A stretch of 64,000 nt of DNA from positions 25,796 to 89,795 of the forward strand of contig JAJFUG010000073.1 of NCBI GenBank assembly GCA_021372515.1, in the 5' to 3' direction. This document shows positions 1 to 9,695 of the stretch, in pieces. Both the position numbers and the translations under genes were made by a program. Position 1 is the first letter of the stretch. Each line of letters begins with the position of its first letter. Source of the stretch: a bacterium (GTDB lineage: Bacteria; Gemmatimonadota; Glassbacteria; GWA2-58-10). The notes under the pieces are model-generated. The model did no database searches. It worked only from the letters and a program-made list of their open reading frames with translations, and was not told the origin of the DNA.

Positions 1-377
1 TGGAGGAGGTGCTGCCGCTGATGCGCTGGCGTCAACGCTACCTGCGCTACAGCCTGGAGCCTTTCGGGCTGGTGCTCGGGCGAGCCGCCGCCGTGGCTTG
101 CGGGGCGAGGCCGGTGGAATACCTGGAGCGCGGACAATTGAGCCGCAACGCCGGGGAGAGGTTCTTCCAGCAGAGCCGTGGGGAGCGTACTCTCTGGAGC
201 ACGGAGCGGGAATGGCGACTGCGGGGCGATCTGGACCTTAACCTTTTCGCTCCCGGAGAGGTCCTCCTGCTGGCCGCCGACCCGCCCTCGGCGGCTGAGC
301 TTCAAGCCGCTGCCGGGGGGAGGTTCGCCGTGGAGCCGGTTTTCACCGCCGGGGTCAGGGCGCGTCCGCGGGGTTGA
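1..377 (+). CDS. hypothetical protein, 3' part of a gene that starts upstream of the window
   Basis: The reading frame is open to the window edge (frame of ORF 9..377) with coding-like GC3 skew. The stop is TGA at 375-377. No recognisable motif. Confidence 0.4.
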   Translation, partial: EEVLPLMRWRQRYLRYSLEPFGLVLGRAAAVACGARPVEYLERGQLSRNAGERFFQQSRGERTLWSTEREWRLRGDLDLNLFAPGEVLLLAADPPSAAELQAAAGGRFAVEPVFTAGVRARPRG

Positions 378-1920
378 TTCCGGTGCTGTCCGGGGCCTGG
401 GTCCCGAACGAATCCTGCGGTAAGCCCTGAAAGTCGGAAGCGTGGCGCACGCGGTAAAGCTTGTACTGGAACGGGAACCTCTGGGGCTCGTAGAGCGTGC
501 TGTCCTCCGGGCTGAAACCCAGGCGTGTCATGAACCCGGGATCGATCACGTAATCCGCCTCGGATACTATCAGGCTGTCAATATCGAGCCCGCGGTACTG
601 CAGCACGTGTGGTTCCACGCGGCCGGTAAGGTCCAGGACACGGCTGCCGGCGAGGAAACGGATCGCTCCAGGCTCGTAAGTCGCAACCACCGCCCCTGAC
701 GGCAGGTTCGTCCCGACCCATTTCGCCATGGAAACCGTACTGTAGAAGCACTGCGTGTTTAGCGACTGGTAAACTGCCTGGTAGAATATGACCGCGGACC
801 CCTGAAGCACCACGACAGCCACCGTGGGCAGCACGGCCGCGGTGGCGGCCAGCAGCGCCGAGCGCCGTTGCAGCCGTTCCGAGATGTCGCGGATCATCAG
901 CGCGGCCAGCACATAGACGAAAGCCAGGTCGAGCATGAAAAACCGGTCGGCCTCGCCTGTCTGTCTCGTCCCGGCGAGGCACAAGGCCAGGTGCAGTACG
1001 ATGAACAGCGCCGGGACAGCCGCCGCCCTGAACCGGTGGACCAGCAGGGACCAGATCACCGGCAGCACGGCCCAGGGGAGAAAGTCGATCCAGCCGGGGG
1101 TCCCAGCCAGGCCGCCCAGCCCCTGGTACATCTGCTCCAGGCTTTGCGGTCCGCGCTGCACGGCCCAGTCGTACAGGAAAGTCAGGATTCCGGGACGTTC
1201 CGCCGCCGATCCGAGCATCGCCGCGGTGGGGTTGGGGAAAATAGTGCCGTTCTGGGAAATGCAGAACAGCATCCAGGGCAGCACCGGTACGGCGAAAGCG
1301 ACCAGGGCCAGACGGAACGCGGAGCGGTCCTCCGGCGTGCCGCTGCGGCACTGGTTGCGTCTGCACCAGAGCGCCAGGCCTGCCAGGATCCAGCCGGCCG
1401 GCTGCGACAGCACGGCCAGGGCGGCGCAAAGCCCCAGCAGCGCGCCGGGCACCACGGGCTCCAGCACCAGCAGGGTGAGCGCCAGGCCGCTGAAAGCCAG
1501 GCTCAGCCCCCCCAGGCCCGAGGCCATGTTGAACCCCACTACGCCGCTGGAGAACCAGAACGCGGCCGCCACGAACGCCGCAGCCCTGACGCGCGGCACA
1601 TCCCCGGCCAGGCGCAGGCTCAGCCGCCAGATCAGCCAGCCACAGCCGATAAAAAGAAACTTGCTCAGCACGGCGCTCGCCGCAAATGGGTCGAGGCTCA
1701 GGCGGCAGAACAGCGACAGCACCAGGGCGTAGAGCGGCGAATCGCTGCCCGCCGAGATCTCACCCGGATTGAAAGCGAAACGGAAAGAGTCGGCCATGTT
1801 GCCGGCCAGGACCAGATTGACGAACCCGGCGTCGAAAGGGAAAAGTTTCAGCAGGTGGAAACCTTCTGAGACGTAGAGGAACAGCAGGATCAGAAATCCA
1901 GGAGCGAGGGCTTTTTTCAT
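355..1920 (-). CDS. polytopic membrane protein, putative GT-C-type glycosyltransferase (ArnT/PMT-like)
   Basis: Start reassigned to the ATG at 1918-1920 (MKKALAPGFLILLFLY...). The protein has more than 10 hydrophobic helices followed by a roughly 120-aa soluble C-terminal domain. The family call rests on architecture only. It converges on and overlaps the previous gene by 23 bp. Confidence 0.45.
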   Translation of the reverse strand: MKKALAPGFLILLFLYVSEGFHLLKLFPFDAGFVNLVLAGNMADSFRFAFNPGEISAGSDSPLYALVLSLFCRLSLDPFAASAVLSKFLFIGCGWLIWRLSLRLAGDVPRVRAAAFVAAAFWFSSGVVGFNMASGLGGLSLAFSGLALTLLVLEPVVPGALLGLCAALAVLSQPAGWILAGLALWCRRNQCRSGTPEDRSAFRLALVAFAVPVLPWMLFCISQNGTIFPNPTAAMLGSAAERPGILTFLYDWAVQRGPQSLEQMYQGLGGLAGTPGWIDFLPWAVLPVIWSLLVHRFRAAAVPALFIVLHLALCLAGTRQTGEADRFFMLDLAFVYVLAALMIRDISERLQRRSALLAATAAVLPTVAVVVLQGSAVIFYQAVYQSLNTQCFYSTVSMAKWVGTNLPSGAVVATYEPGAIRFLAGSRVLDLTGRVEPHVLQYRGLDIDSLIVSEADYVIDPGFMTRLGFSPEDSTLYEPQRFPFQYKLYRVRHASDFQGLPQDSFGTQAPDSTGINPADAP

Positions 1921-2113
1921 TGTCACGCTTTCCGGTTCACGGTGGCGGCTGGCCGTGCTGTCTGCCTGGATACTTGCGATATATATAAAGGAGTGTTCAG
2001 GTTCTGTAAAGTGGCATGACAATGTCTCCGCCCCCTTGCGCCGGGGTGCGAATTTCGCCACCTTTCAGTTTTCGGCTGAGGTCTGAGGCTTTCGGTAAGC
2101 AAAGGAGAGGCAG

Positions 2114-2986
2114 ATGAAAACAGGGTTCGCCGGTCTGGGGCTGATGGGCGCGTCGATGGCCGGCCATCTGGTGCGCGCCGGCCTGGAGGTGGCGGTGTAC
2201 AACCGCACGCGTGAGAAAGCTCTGCCCCTGGAAAAGGCCGGGGCGGTTGTCTGCGACAGCCCGGCCGCGCTGGGCCGGCTCTGCGATGTGGTCATGCTCT
2301 GTGTGAGCGACACGCCGGATGTGCGCCAGGTGGTGCTGGGTGAGGATGGAGTGGCCTCAGGCATGGCCCCCGGCGGGCTGATTGTCGACCACTCTACGAT
2401 CAGTCCCACGGCCAGCCGCGAGATCGCCGCCGAACTGGCCGCACGCGGGATCGGCTTTGTGGACGCCCCGGTGTCGGGCGGCACCAGCGGCGCGGCCGAG
2501 GGCACCCTGGTGACAATGATGGGCGGACGGGACTCTGACATCGCGCGCGCCCGCGAGGTGGTCCGGCATTACACCAGCCGCGCCGTGCATGTGGGCCCGG
2601 TCGGCCACGGCCAGTTGATGAAATGCTGCAATCAGGTGGTGACCGGCCTGCACGTGATCGCCCTGGCCGAGGGGTTCCGGTTCGCCCGCGGCCTGGGCCT
2701 GGATGAGAAAACCGCCTGGGAGACCCTGGACAGCGGCGCGGCCACCAGTTTCATCTGGCGCAAGTGGGGCGGACTGCTCAAAGAGGGCGACCTTCGCCCC
2801 GGGTTCAAGATCGGCCTGCACCTGAAAGACCTGCGCCTGGCCCTTCTGGAGTGCGAGCGCGCCGGGGTGGAGCTGCCCGGACTCAAGCTCACCGAGCATC
2901 AGTTCGAGAAAGCGGTCGAGATGGGATTGGGCGAGCTGGGGGACCAGGCCCTGGTGAAAATCCTCGAACCCGGGGGAAGAGCCTGA
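2114..2986 (+). CDS. NAD(P)-dependent 3-hydroxyisobutyrate dehydrogenase / tartronate-semialdehyde reductase family oxidoreductase
   Basis: It has the N-terminal Rossmann motif GLGLMGxxMAxHL and the 6-phosphogluconate-dehydrogenase-like fold signature typical of the MmsB/GarR family. The RBS AAGGAGAGG lies 6 nt upstream of the ATG. Confidence 0.85.
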   Translation: MKTGFAGLGLMGASMAGHLVRAGLEVAVYNRTREKALPLEKAGAVVCDSPAALGRLCDVVMLCVSDTPDVRQVVLGEDGVASGMAPGGLIVDHSTISPTASREIAAELAARGIGFVDAPVSGGTSGAAEGTLVTMMGGRDSDIARAREVVRHYTSRAVHVGPVGHGQLMKCCNQVVTGLHVIALAEGFRFARGLGLDEKTAWETLDSGAATSFIWRKWGGLLKEGDLRPGFKIGLHLKDLRLALLECERAGVELPGLKLTEHQFEKAVEMGLGELGDQALVKILEPGGRA

Positions 2987-3095
2987 GCGTGGCTTTGCGG
3001 GTGTGGTCAGGATATTGTTCGGACACGTGAACGATATTAGTTTATCTCCGAGCGACTATCATACTCTGACCGCAAATCTCAACCAGAGGCGCACG

Positions 3096-6000
3096 ATGTT
3101 ATTCAAAGCCCCCCTAACCGGCCTGGGCCTGCTGCTTGTCCTGATCGCCTGCAGTTTCTCGCTCCTTAGCGCCCAGGATGAGTGGGGCCAGTTACAGGAG
3201 TTCGAGGACGGCGACCTGTCGCGCTGGAGCGTCACCGGCGGCGCGCTGGCCCTGGACAGTGTCTACGCCACCGAGCGCAAACACGACCTGCGGGTGGAGT
3301 TCCAGGCCGGGGGCGTGCTGAGTGTCGAGCTGGGCGGCCTCTGGCGCATGGAACAGATAATCCGCGAGAAAGCGGGCGATGAGGGAGGCGGCGGCTGGAA
3401 AATCCAGGAGGCGATCTTTGTCGACCTGTACAGTCCGGTCCCGCTCAGCCTGCGCCTCACTTTCCGCGACAGCCTGGGCGGCAGTTGGAGCACCCTGCGC
3501 ACATTGAGCCAGGGCCTCAACCACGTTCAGTACCGGCGCGAGCAGCTGGCCGGGGTGGACTGGCTGGCCCTGCGGCGGGTGGAGTTCAGCCCCGCGGCCG
3601 CAGCCACGCTCTACCTGGACCACCTCCGCACCTGGGAGCACCAGCCCGAGCTGGACAGCCGCGGACGGATGGACATAGTCTACTCCGACTCGGTCCGGAC
3701 TCCGCACGTGGCCTGGCAGCGGCCGGATGCGGCGGGCCCCTTGCGCGGGCTGTTCGTGCCGCGCGCTGGCAGCGGCCGGGTGATGGTGGAGTTGATGCAA
3801 CGCTTCGAGCTGGAGCCGACCACTGTCACCTTCGAGCCGTCGCTGGGCCTGCACCGCTGGGCGTTCGGCGATTTCTACGGCACCCGCGCCCTCGAATACG
3901 ACCATGTCACCGACAAGTTCAGTGTCTCCTACACCGCCCTGACCAGCGAGCTGGAGAGCCCCCGCCGGTTCGAGGTGATCGCCTTGCCCAACCTGCGCTC
4001 CTGGGCCGATACGCCGCCCGAGCTGCGTAAGGTCCTGCTCAAGCGCGTGGCCGAGGGCTGCGGCCTGGTTTTGTTCCAGCCCGTGGCCGGTGGGCCGGCC
4101 CCGGACCTGGAGGAGCTTTCGCCTCTGGCCGGACAGACCCGCCTGGAGCTGTACAGCCCGCGCGCCGCGGACCAGCCCGAGGAGCGTCCGGCCGGCCTCG
4201 CTCCCGGCGGCGGCGCCTGGAAAGCCGACGATCCCGCCCACTACATCACGCGCGGCATCCCGCTGGAGCTGATCCCGGCCGCGGACATCCACCACGTGCG
4301 CTACACCGCAAAGCCGGGAGCCAGAGTGCTGATCTCGGCGGCGGACGGCAGCCCGATCCTGGCCGTGGGCAGCTACGGCAAGGGTCGCGTGGCGGTGTTC
4401 GCCTGGGAGGACCAGGGCATGTTCCCCCGCGTGGACCGTCCCCTGGAAGACAAGAACGGCCTGCCGTACTGGGAGTATCTCTACGCCCTGACCGGACGCA
4501 CCCTGCGCTGGGCCGCCGGGCGGGACGGCGCCGGGGGGTTCGGCGGCGTGGTCCTGGGAAAGGTGACAGGGGAGGGCCCGCTCGGGATTACCGGCGCCCT
4601 AACCTGCGCCCCCGGCGACAGCCTGCGCGTGGAAATCCGCGACCAGGAATACCGGGTGCTGGCCGAACGCAGGTTGCCCGCCTCCAGCGGCCCGCTGGAG
4701 CTGGCTTTCCCGGATCTGCCGTTCTGCACTCGGATGGTCGCCAACCTGTGGCTCACGCGCCGCGGCCGGGTGGTGGATTTCGCCTCCGCCGGGTGCAGCT
4801 TTTTCGGCTGGAACCGGATCGCATCCCTGGCCACCGGCCTGGACACCTACGAGCTGGGAGACACTGTCAGCGGGACAGTGCGCCTGGACCCGCACGGCCA
4901 ACCCGCGCGGGTGGCCCTGGAGCTGAGCGACAACCGTGGCCGCACGCTGGCCGTGGACACGCTGAGCCTCGGTGCCGGGCAGCCTGGCACATTCTCTTTG
5001 CCGACCGCGCTCTGTCTGGCCCGCCGGGCCGTGGTCACCGCGCGGGTGCTGGACGGCAACGGCCGGGCCGTGCATTCGTCCCGCGCGGAGCTGTTCATCG
5101 ACCGGCCCACGCCCTGGGATGACTACGAAGTGATGATGTACCGTTTCATGCCCCAGATCACGGCCGGGGAATGGCCGTTCCTGGACCGCTACATGGAGCG
5201 CCTGGGGGTGACCGCCTGGGCCGCCGTGCCGCCGGAGTTCGCTTTCCGCAGCAACCTGGAGCTTCAGGCCGAGACCCGTCTGGACACCGAGGAATCGCAG
5301 GACGGCGCGGGCGAGGTCCCCTACCGCGAGCAGAAAAAGAACTACGTAGCCACCCATGACAAGAAGTATCTCATCCGCCGGTACTGCCTGCACGACCCGT
5401 CCTACCTCAAGGAGCAGAAAGAGATCGTCCAGCGCCAGGTCAAGCAGTTCAAGCGGTTCAGCCCCTTGAGCTACTACTGCTACGAGGAGCCCTCGCTCAC
5501 GCATTACGGCGATGCGTTCGACCTGTGTTTCGGCCCGCACACCCTGGCCGCGTTCCGCGACTGGCTGAAAGGGCAGTACGGCTCGCTGGCGGCGCTCAAC
5601 GCCCAGTGGGGCGCCGCATTCACCTCCTGGGACGCCGTGACGCCGGATGACACCCCCGGAGCCCAGGCGCGCGGCAATTTCTCCAGTTGGTCCGACCACC
5701 GTATTTTCATGGAGAAGAGCTACGCCGACAACTACGCCTACGTCCGCCGCATGGTGCGCGAGATCGACCCCGAGGGCCGGGTGATGATGACCGGCACCCA
5801 GCGCACGGTGGCACAGAACGGCTACGACTACTACCTGCTCGACCAGACCATCGACCACACCCAGCCCTACGGCGAGCCGGAGCGCCACAAGGCGTTCATG
5901 CGCGCGGGGGGCAAGATCACCGGCTGCACGGGTTACGGCGTGTCGGGTGTCAAGCTGGACTACGAGCTCTGGGGCCGCCTGTTCGCCGGGCACACCGCCG

Positions 6001-7364
6001 GCAGCGCCATTTTCTGGCAGTTCTCGACCCTCGACCCCGACTACCGCCTCTGTAAGAGCGGGGCGGACATGCTGCGCATTTTCGGCGAGCTGCGCCACGG
6101 CGGAGTCGCGCGGCTGCTGACCACGGCGCACTGGACCCCCAGCGAGGTGGTGCTGTTCTGGTCCATGCCCGCGCTGCACGGAAGCTGGATCCAGGACGGC
6201 CGGATCGTGGAGCAGGACGGGGCCCCGAGCGCGGCGTTCGAGCGCTGGGAGTTCAACTACGAGAGCTGGCGCTGGCTGCTGGATGACCTGGGCGTGCCCT
6301 ACCGCGCCATGAGCTGGCAGATGCTGGAGCAGGGCTGGTTGGAGAAATCCGGGGCCAGGGTGCTGGTCCTGCCCGCGACAATCGCCCTTTCGGAAAAGGG
6401 AACCGCCGCGGTGCGGAATTTCGTGCAGGCGGGCGGCGCGGTGATCGCGGATGCCCAGCCGGCGGTGATGGACGGCCATTGCAAGTGGCTGGAGAAGGGC
6501 GGCCTGGATGGGCTGTTTGGCCTGAGCGGACAGCGCGCCAGGCTGATCCCGACAGTGGGGGATTATACGGAGGTGCGCGGCGCTGTGCACGGGCTGGCCG
6601 TGGCGGACAGTGGAGTGCAGCCCGCGGGCGCGAGTCGGGCCGACTACGGTCCGGGTCTGCCGGGCGTGCTCAGGGGTTCGGTCGGGCAGGGGCGGACTTT
6701 CTTCCTCAACGCCTGGCTGGCCGGTTACGGACGGCTCCGTCAGACCGGCGGTGGGGCCGAGGTGCGCCAGGGCCTGGCCGCTCTGCTCAAGGATGCCGGA
6801 TACAAACCGCTCATCGAGTTGCGGCCCTCCGCCGGCGGCGACCTCCAGGCCGTGCGCCTGACCTCCTACAACCTGGGCCAGGGCTACGTGCTGGGCCTGC
6901 TGAAGGACTACCGATCCGCCGACCCGCGCCAGGACCTCGACCTCACGCTGCCCGCGGCGGGCTACCAGTACGATGTCCGCGCCGGGCGCTACCTGGGCTT
7001 CGGCTCCGTGCTGCGCACGGACATCGCCCCGGGCGAGGTGCGGCTCGTGGCCAGCCTGCCCTACCGGGTGAGCGGCCTGGAGCTGAAAGGGCCGCAGACT
7101 GCGAGCCGCGGGCAGGCGGTGGAGTTCGGCGCGACCGTGCTGGCCGCGGAGGGAAAAGAGGCCGGGCCGCACGTGCTGGTGGCGCGCGTGTTCGACCCCT
7201 CGGGCGCGGCGGTGGACTACTACGGGAAGAACCTCAGTGCTCAGAACGGGCAGGCTTCTTTCAGCCTGCCTCTGGCGCTGAGCGATACGCCGGGGCGCTG
7301 GCGGGTGCGGGTGCGGGACGTGGTCAGCGGGGTGAGCGGCCAGTGGGCTTTCCAGGTGCAATGA
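3096..7364 (+). CDS. large secreted multidomain glycoside hydrolase with a GH42-like (beta-galactosidase family) central region
   Basis: Start moved to ATG 3096 (MLFKAPLTGLGLLLVLIACSFSLLSA, a signal peptide). The central region has GH42-like motifs (AFRDWLKGQYGSLAALNAQWGAAFTSWDAV) and a GATase1-like trimerisation-type segment (VLVLPATIALSEKGTAAVRNFVQAGGAVIAD). The N-terminal roughly 650 aa are uncharacterised. Confidence 0.55.
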   Translation: MLFKAPLTGLGLLLVLIACSFSLLSAQDEWGQLQEFEDGDLSRWSVTGGALALDSVYATERKHDLRVEFQAGGVLSVELGGLWRMEQIIREKAGDEGGGGWKIQEAIFVDLYSPVPLSLRLTFRDSLGGSWSTLRTLSQGLNHVQYRREQLAGVDWLALRRVEFSPAAAATLYLDHLRTWEHQPELDSRGRMDIVYSDSVRTPHVAWQRPDAAGPLRGLFVPRAGSGRVMVELMQRFELEPTTVTFEPSLGLHRWAFGDFYGTRALEYDHVTDKFSVSYTALTSELESPRRFEVIALPNLRSWADTPPELRKVLLKRVAEGCGLVLFQPVAGGPAPDLEELSPLAGQTRLELYSPRAADQPEERPAGLAPGGGAWKADDPAHYITRGIPLELIPAADIHHVRYTAKPGARVLISAADGSPILAVGSYGKGRVAVFAWEDQGMFPRVDRPLEDKNGLPYWEYLYALTGRTLRWAAGRDGAGGFGGVVLGKVTGEGPLGITGALTCAPGDSLRVEIRDQEYRVLAERRLPASSGPLELAFPDLPFCTRMVANLWLTRRGRVVDFASAGCSFFGWNRIASLATGLDTYELGDTVSGTVRLDPHGQPARVALELSDNRGRTLAVDTLSLGAGQPGTFSLPTALCLARRAVVTARVLDGNGRAVHSSRAELFIDRPTPWDDYEVMMYRFMPQITAGEWPFLDRYMERLGVTAWAAVPPEFAFRSNLELQAETRLDTEESQDGAGEVPYREQKKNYVATHDKKYLIRRYCLHDPSYLKEQKEIVQRQVKQFKRFSPLSYYCYEEPSLTHYGDAFDLCFGPHTLAAFRDWLKGQYGSLAALNAQWGAAFTSWDAVTPDDTPGAQARGNFSSWSDHRIFMEKSYADNYAYVRRMVREIDPEGRVMMTGTQRTVAQNGYDYYLLDQTIDHTQPYGEPERHKAFMRAGGKITGCTGYGVSGVKLDYELWGRLFAGHTAGSAIFWQFSTLDPDYRLCKSGADMLRIFGELRHGGVARLLTTAHWTPSEVVLFWSMPALHGSWIQDGRIVEQDGAPSAAFERWEFNYESWRWLLDDLGVPYRAMSWQMLEQGWLEKSGARVLVLPATIALSEKGTAAVRNFVQAGGAVIADAQPAVMDGHCKWLEKGGLDGLFGLSGQRARLIPTVGDYTEVRGAVHGLAVADSGVQPAGASRADYGPGLPGVLRGSVGQGRTFFLNAWLAGYGRLRQTGGGAEVRQGLAALLKDAGYKPLIELRPSAGGDLQAVRLTSYNLGQGYVLGLLKDYRSADPRQDLDLTLPAAGYQYDVRAGRYLGFGSVLRTDIAPGEVRLVASLPYRVSGLELKGPQTASRGQAVEFGATVLAAEGKEAGPHVLVARVFDPSGAAVDYYGKNLSAQNGQASFSLPLALSDTPGRWRVRVRDVVSGVSGQWAFQVQ

Positions 7365-7470
7365 TTCGGAAACCGCCGTTTCTTTGAGACAGCCGGAGAA
7401 TCGTGGAGCGTACCGTGCCGGGGCCGCGCGGAGTGTGCCGCCCCGCTGCGATGTGTCAGCCTGGAGGGGG

Positions 7471-8232
7471 ATGATGGCGGATAAGGCGCAGGCCGAAGCG
7501 GTGAAACTTTCGCGGATCGAGCGGCGGGTGCTGGCCTTGCTGGAGGGCCTGCCGCCGGGAGGGCGCGCCCTGGAGCTGGCCCCGGGCCGCGGGGCGCTCT
7601 CGCGGGCGCTTTCGGCGCGGGGCTGGAACGTGACCGCGCTGGACTTCCATCCCGAGAATTTCGGGCCGCGGGACGGCGCACACATATTGCGCGGCGACCT
7701 CGACCGTCCCCTGCCGTTCCGGGAGGGATCGTTCGACCTTCTGGTCTGCTGCGAGGGGATCGAGCACCTGGAGCACCAGTACGCCTTCGCCCGCGAGCTG
7801 GCCCGCGTGCTGCGCCCCGGAGGCCGGCTCGCCCTGACCACGCCCAACATCTGCAACGCCGCCAGCCGTCTGCGGTTCGTTCTCACCGGGTTCTACAGCC
7901 TGTCGGTGCGCCCCTCCAGCGAGTTCAGCCGCAACCGTTTCATCGAGCATATCTACTGCCTCACTTTCTGGCAACTGAGGCATATCCTCCATACGACCGG
8001 ATTGCAGATCGAGCGTGTGTCCACCGATCACATCCGGCGCAGCAGCCTGGCCCTGGCTCCGCTCTGGCCGCTCAGCCGCTGGTTCACCGGCGGCGCCCTG
8101 CGCAGCGAGGAAGAGCCGCGCCAGCGTGAGGCCAACCTGGAGATACTGCGCCAGATGCACACGGCGGCCCTGTTCTTCGGCCGCACGACCATTGTCCTGG
8201 CCCGGCGGGGGGAGTCGACATACGGAGCCTGA
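7471..8232 (+). CDS. class I SAM-dependent methyltransferase (type 11-like)
   Basis: Start at ATG 7471 with RBS GGAGGGGG upstream. It has the SAM-binding motif LELAPGRGALS and the acidic loop DLLVCCEGIEHL. Confidence 0.75.
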   Translation: MMADKAQAEAVKLSRIERRVLALLEGLPPGGRALELAPGRGALSRALSARGWNVTALDFHPENFGPRDGAHILRGDLDRPLPFREGSFDLLVCCEGIEHLEHQYAFARELARVLRPGGRLALTTPNICNAASRLRFVLTGFYSLSVRPSSEFSRNRFIEHIYCLTFWQLRHILHTTGLQIERVSTDHIRRSSLALAPLWPLSRWFTGGALRSEEEPRQREANLEILRQMHTAALFFGRTTIVLARRGESTYGA

Positions 8233-8288
8233 AACCGGCCTCGGGAAAAAAGATACGGCCCTCTCCCGTTTTTTTGTCATCCCCCGGC

Positions 8289-8317
8289 TTGACCCGCCGC
8301 ACCGGGATGACTATCTT
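8289..8317 (+). promoter_or_regulatory. putative sigma70-type promoter of the purH-like gene (TTGACC, 17 nt, TATCTT)
   Basis: The hexamers have 17-bp spacing and sit about 55 bp upstream of ATG 8371. An RBS GGAGAG lies at -8. Confidence 0.3.
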
Positions 8318-8370
8318 GGCATATCCTCACAAAACAAGCCATATTCTGTCCGCATAAATGGAGAGCCCCC

Positions 8371-9486
8371 ATGAGCCAGAAAAGGTCCAGTATCTATTTC
8401 ACCGCCAGCGGTAAAGTTTTCCCGGAAAAAGTCGATTTCCTGGGACAGGCCTACGAGAAGATCGAGGACTTACGCTACGGCACCAACCCGAACCAGGGCG
8501 CGGCTTTCTACCGCCCGGCGGGGGCCGGACTGCTGGTTCTGGGGAGCATGCAGATACTGAAGAGCGGCAAGGGCGGCCTGAGCCAGACCAATCTTGAGGA
8601 CATGCACCACGCGCTGAACATAGTCAAGTATTTCGACCGTCCGGCCGTGGCGGTGATGAAGCACCTCAACCCCTCGGGCGCGGCGGTGCAGTTCCGCGGC
8701 GAGACGCAGGTGGAGGTCTACCGCAAGGCGCGGGATGCCGACAGCCGGGCGGCTTTCGGCTCGGTGGTGGCGTTCAACACCCAGGTCACAGCCGCCGCGG
8801 CCGAGGAGATCATGGGCACCGTGGTCGAGGCGGTGGTGGCCCCGGCTTACGAGAGCGCGGCCCTGGCGGCGTTCGAGGATTACCAGCGTTTCGGCCGCAA
8901 CCGCCACATCCGCGTGGTCAAGGTGGACAACCTGGACAAGCTGCCGCGTTTCGAGGGCGACAACACCGAGGGGCATCTGGAGGTGAAGGTGTTCGGCGAC
9001 GGCTCGCTGGTGCTGGCCGAGCCTTTCCTCAGCTCCATCCGCGGGCCGCAGGACCTCGTGCCGGCAGAGGCCGAGAACAGCGAAGGGCAGAAAATAGTCT
9101 GCGCTACCGCGCCGACCCCGGACCAGATGCAGGACCTGTTGTTCGGCTGGTACGTGAATTTCAACGTGCGCTCCAACGGGGTGATTATCGTGCGCGACGG
9201 CGTGACCCTGGCGGTGGGCACCGGCCAGCAGGATCGCGTGGGCGCGGTGGAGCAGGCCATCGAGAAAGCCGTCACCTACGCCGGGGCCGAGTCATTGCGC
9301 GGCTCGGCGATCTCCAGCGACGGGTTCTTCCCGTTCCGCGACTCCATCGACCGTCTGGCCGAGGCCGGTATCAGCTCGGTGATCCAGCCCGGCGGCAGCC
9401 TGCGCGACTGGGAGGTGGTCGAGGCCTGCAACGAGCACGGCATCGCGATGGTGTTCACCGGGGAGCGCTGTTTCTCGCACCATTGA
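8371..9486 (+). CDS. purH: phosphoribosylaminoimidazolecarboxamide formyltransferase (AICARFT domain only, no IMP cyclohydrolase domain)
   Basis: It has the conserved AICARFT motifs LRYGTNPNQ(G)AAFY, VMKHLNPSGAAV and the C-terminal SDGFFPFRDSIDRLAEAGISSVIQPGGSLRDWEVVEACNEHGIAMVFTGERCFSHH. The 371 aa correspond to the C-terminal transformylase half of bifunctional PurH. Confidence 0.85.
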   Translation: MSQKRSSIYFTASGKVFPEKVDFLGQAYEKIEDLRYGTNPNQGAAFYRPAGAGLLVLGSMQILKSGKGGLSQTNLEDMHHALNIVKYFDRPAVAVMKHLNPSGAAVQFRGETQVEVYRKARDADSRAAFGSVVAFNTQVTAAAAEEIMGTVVEAVVAPAYESAALAAFEDYQRFGRNRHIRVVKVDNLDKLPRFEGDNTEGHLEVKVFGDGSLVLAEPFLSSIRGPQDLVPAEAENSEGQKIVCATAPTPDQMQDLLFGWYVNFNVRSNGVIIVRDGVTLAVGTGQQDRVGAVEQAIEKAVTYAGAESLRGSAISSDGFFPFRDSIDRLAEAGISSVIQPGGSLRDWEVVEACNEHGIAMVFTGERCFSHH

Positions 9487-9564
9487 GAACCTTGCCGTGG
9501 GGCCGGTGTAAGCCGGGAGGGCGGTGTGATGCCAATCCTTGGCGCACAACGGTTGAATCCTCAT

Positions 9565-9588
9565 GGGCACGGCACTCCGTGCCCCTAC
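9565..9588 (-). repeat. REP-like element (GTAGGGGCACGGAGTGCCGTGCCC on minus strand)
   Basis: A 5'-GTAG head is followed by an 8-bp GC-rich palindrome. The same stem reappears as the terminator at 56889-56908. Confidence 0.5.
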
Positions 9589-9695
9589 ACGCAGGCTGGC
9601 AAAAAGACTCACAACCTGGGATGAATATCCCTGAACGCAAGCCGACTAAGATGTCAATCTGAACAGGTGACGGCCAAATTGTAAAGGTCTAACGG

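Noticed and set aside
4599-7886. 1095-aa ORF on minus strand antisense to the GH42-like gene, and similar long antisense ORFs (13144..14763-, 15623..16837+, 16892..18481+, 19966..22161+, 25169..26020+, 26075..27229-, 28369..29622-, 31295..32842+, 38961..40124+, 40217..42916+, 43726..44946-, 49580..51901+, 51953..53698-, 55119..56291-, 57991..59460+, 59325..61091-, 62321..63394-)
   Set aside because: Their translations are Arg/Ala/Gly/Pro-rich and low-complexity with no motifs, typical of stop-codon-poor antisense frames in about 67 % GC DNA. The opposite-strand genes carry clear family signatures, RBSs and signal peptides.
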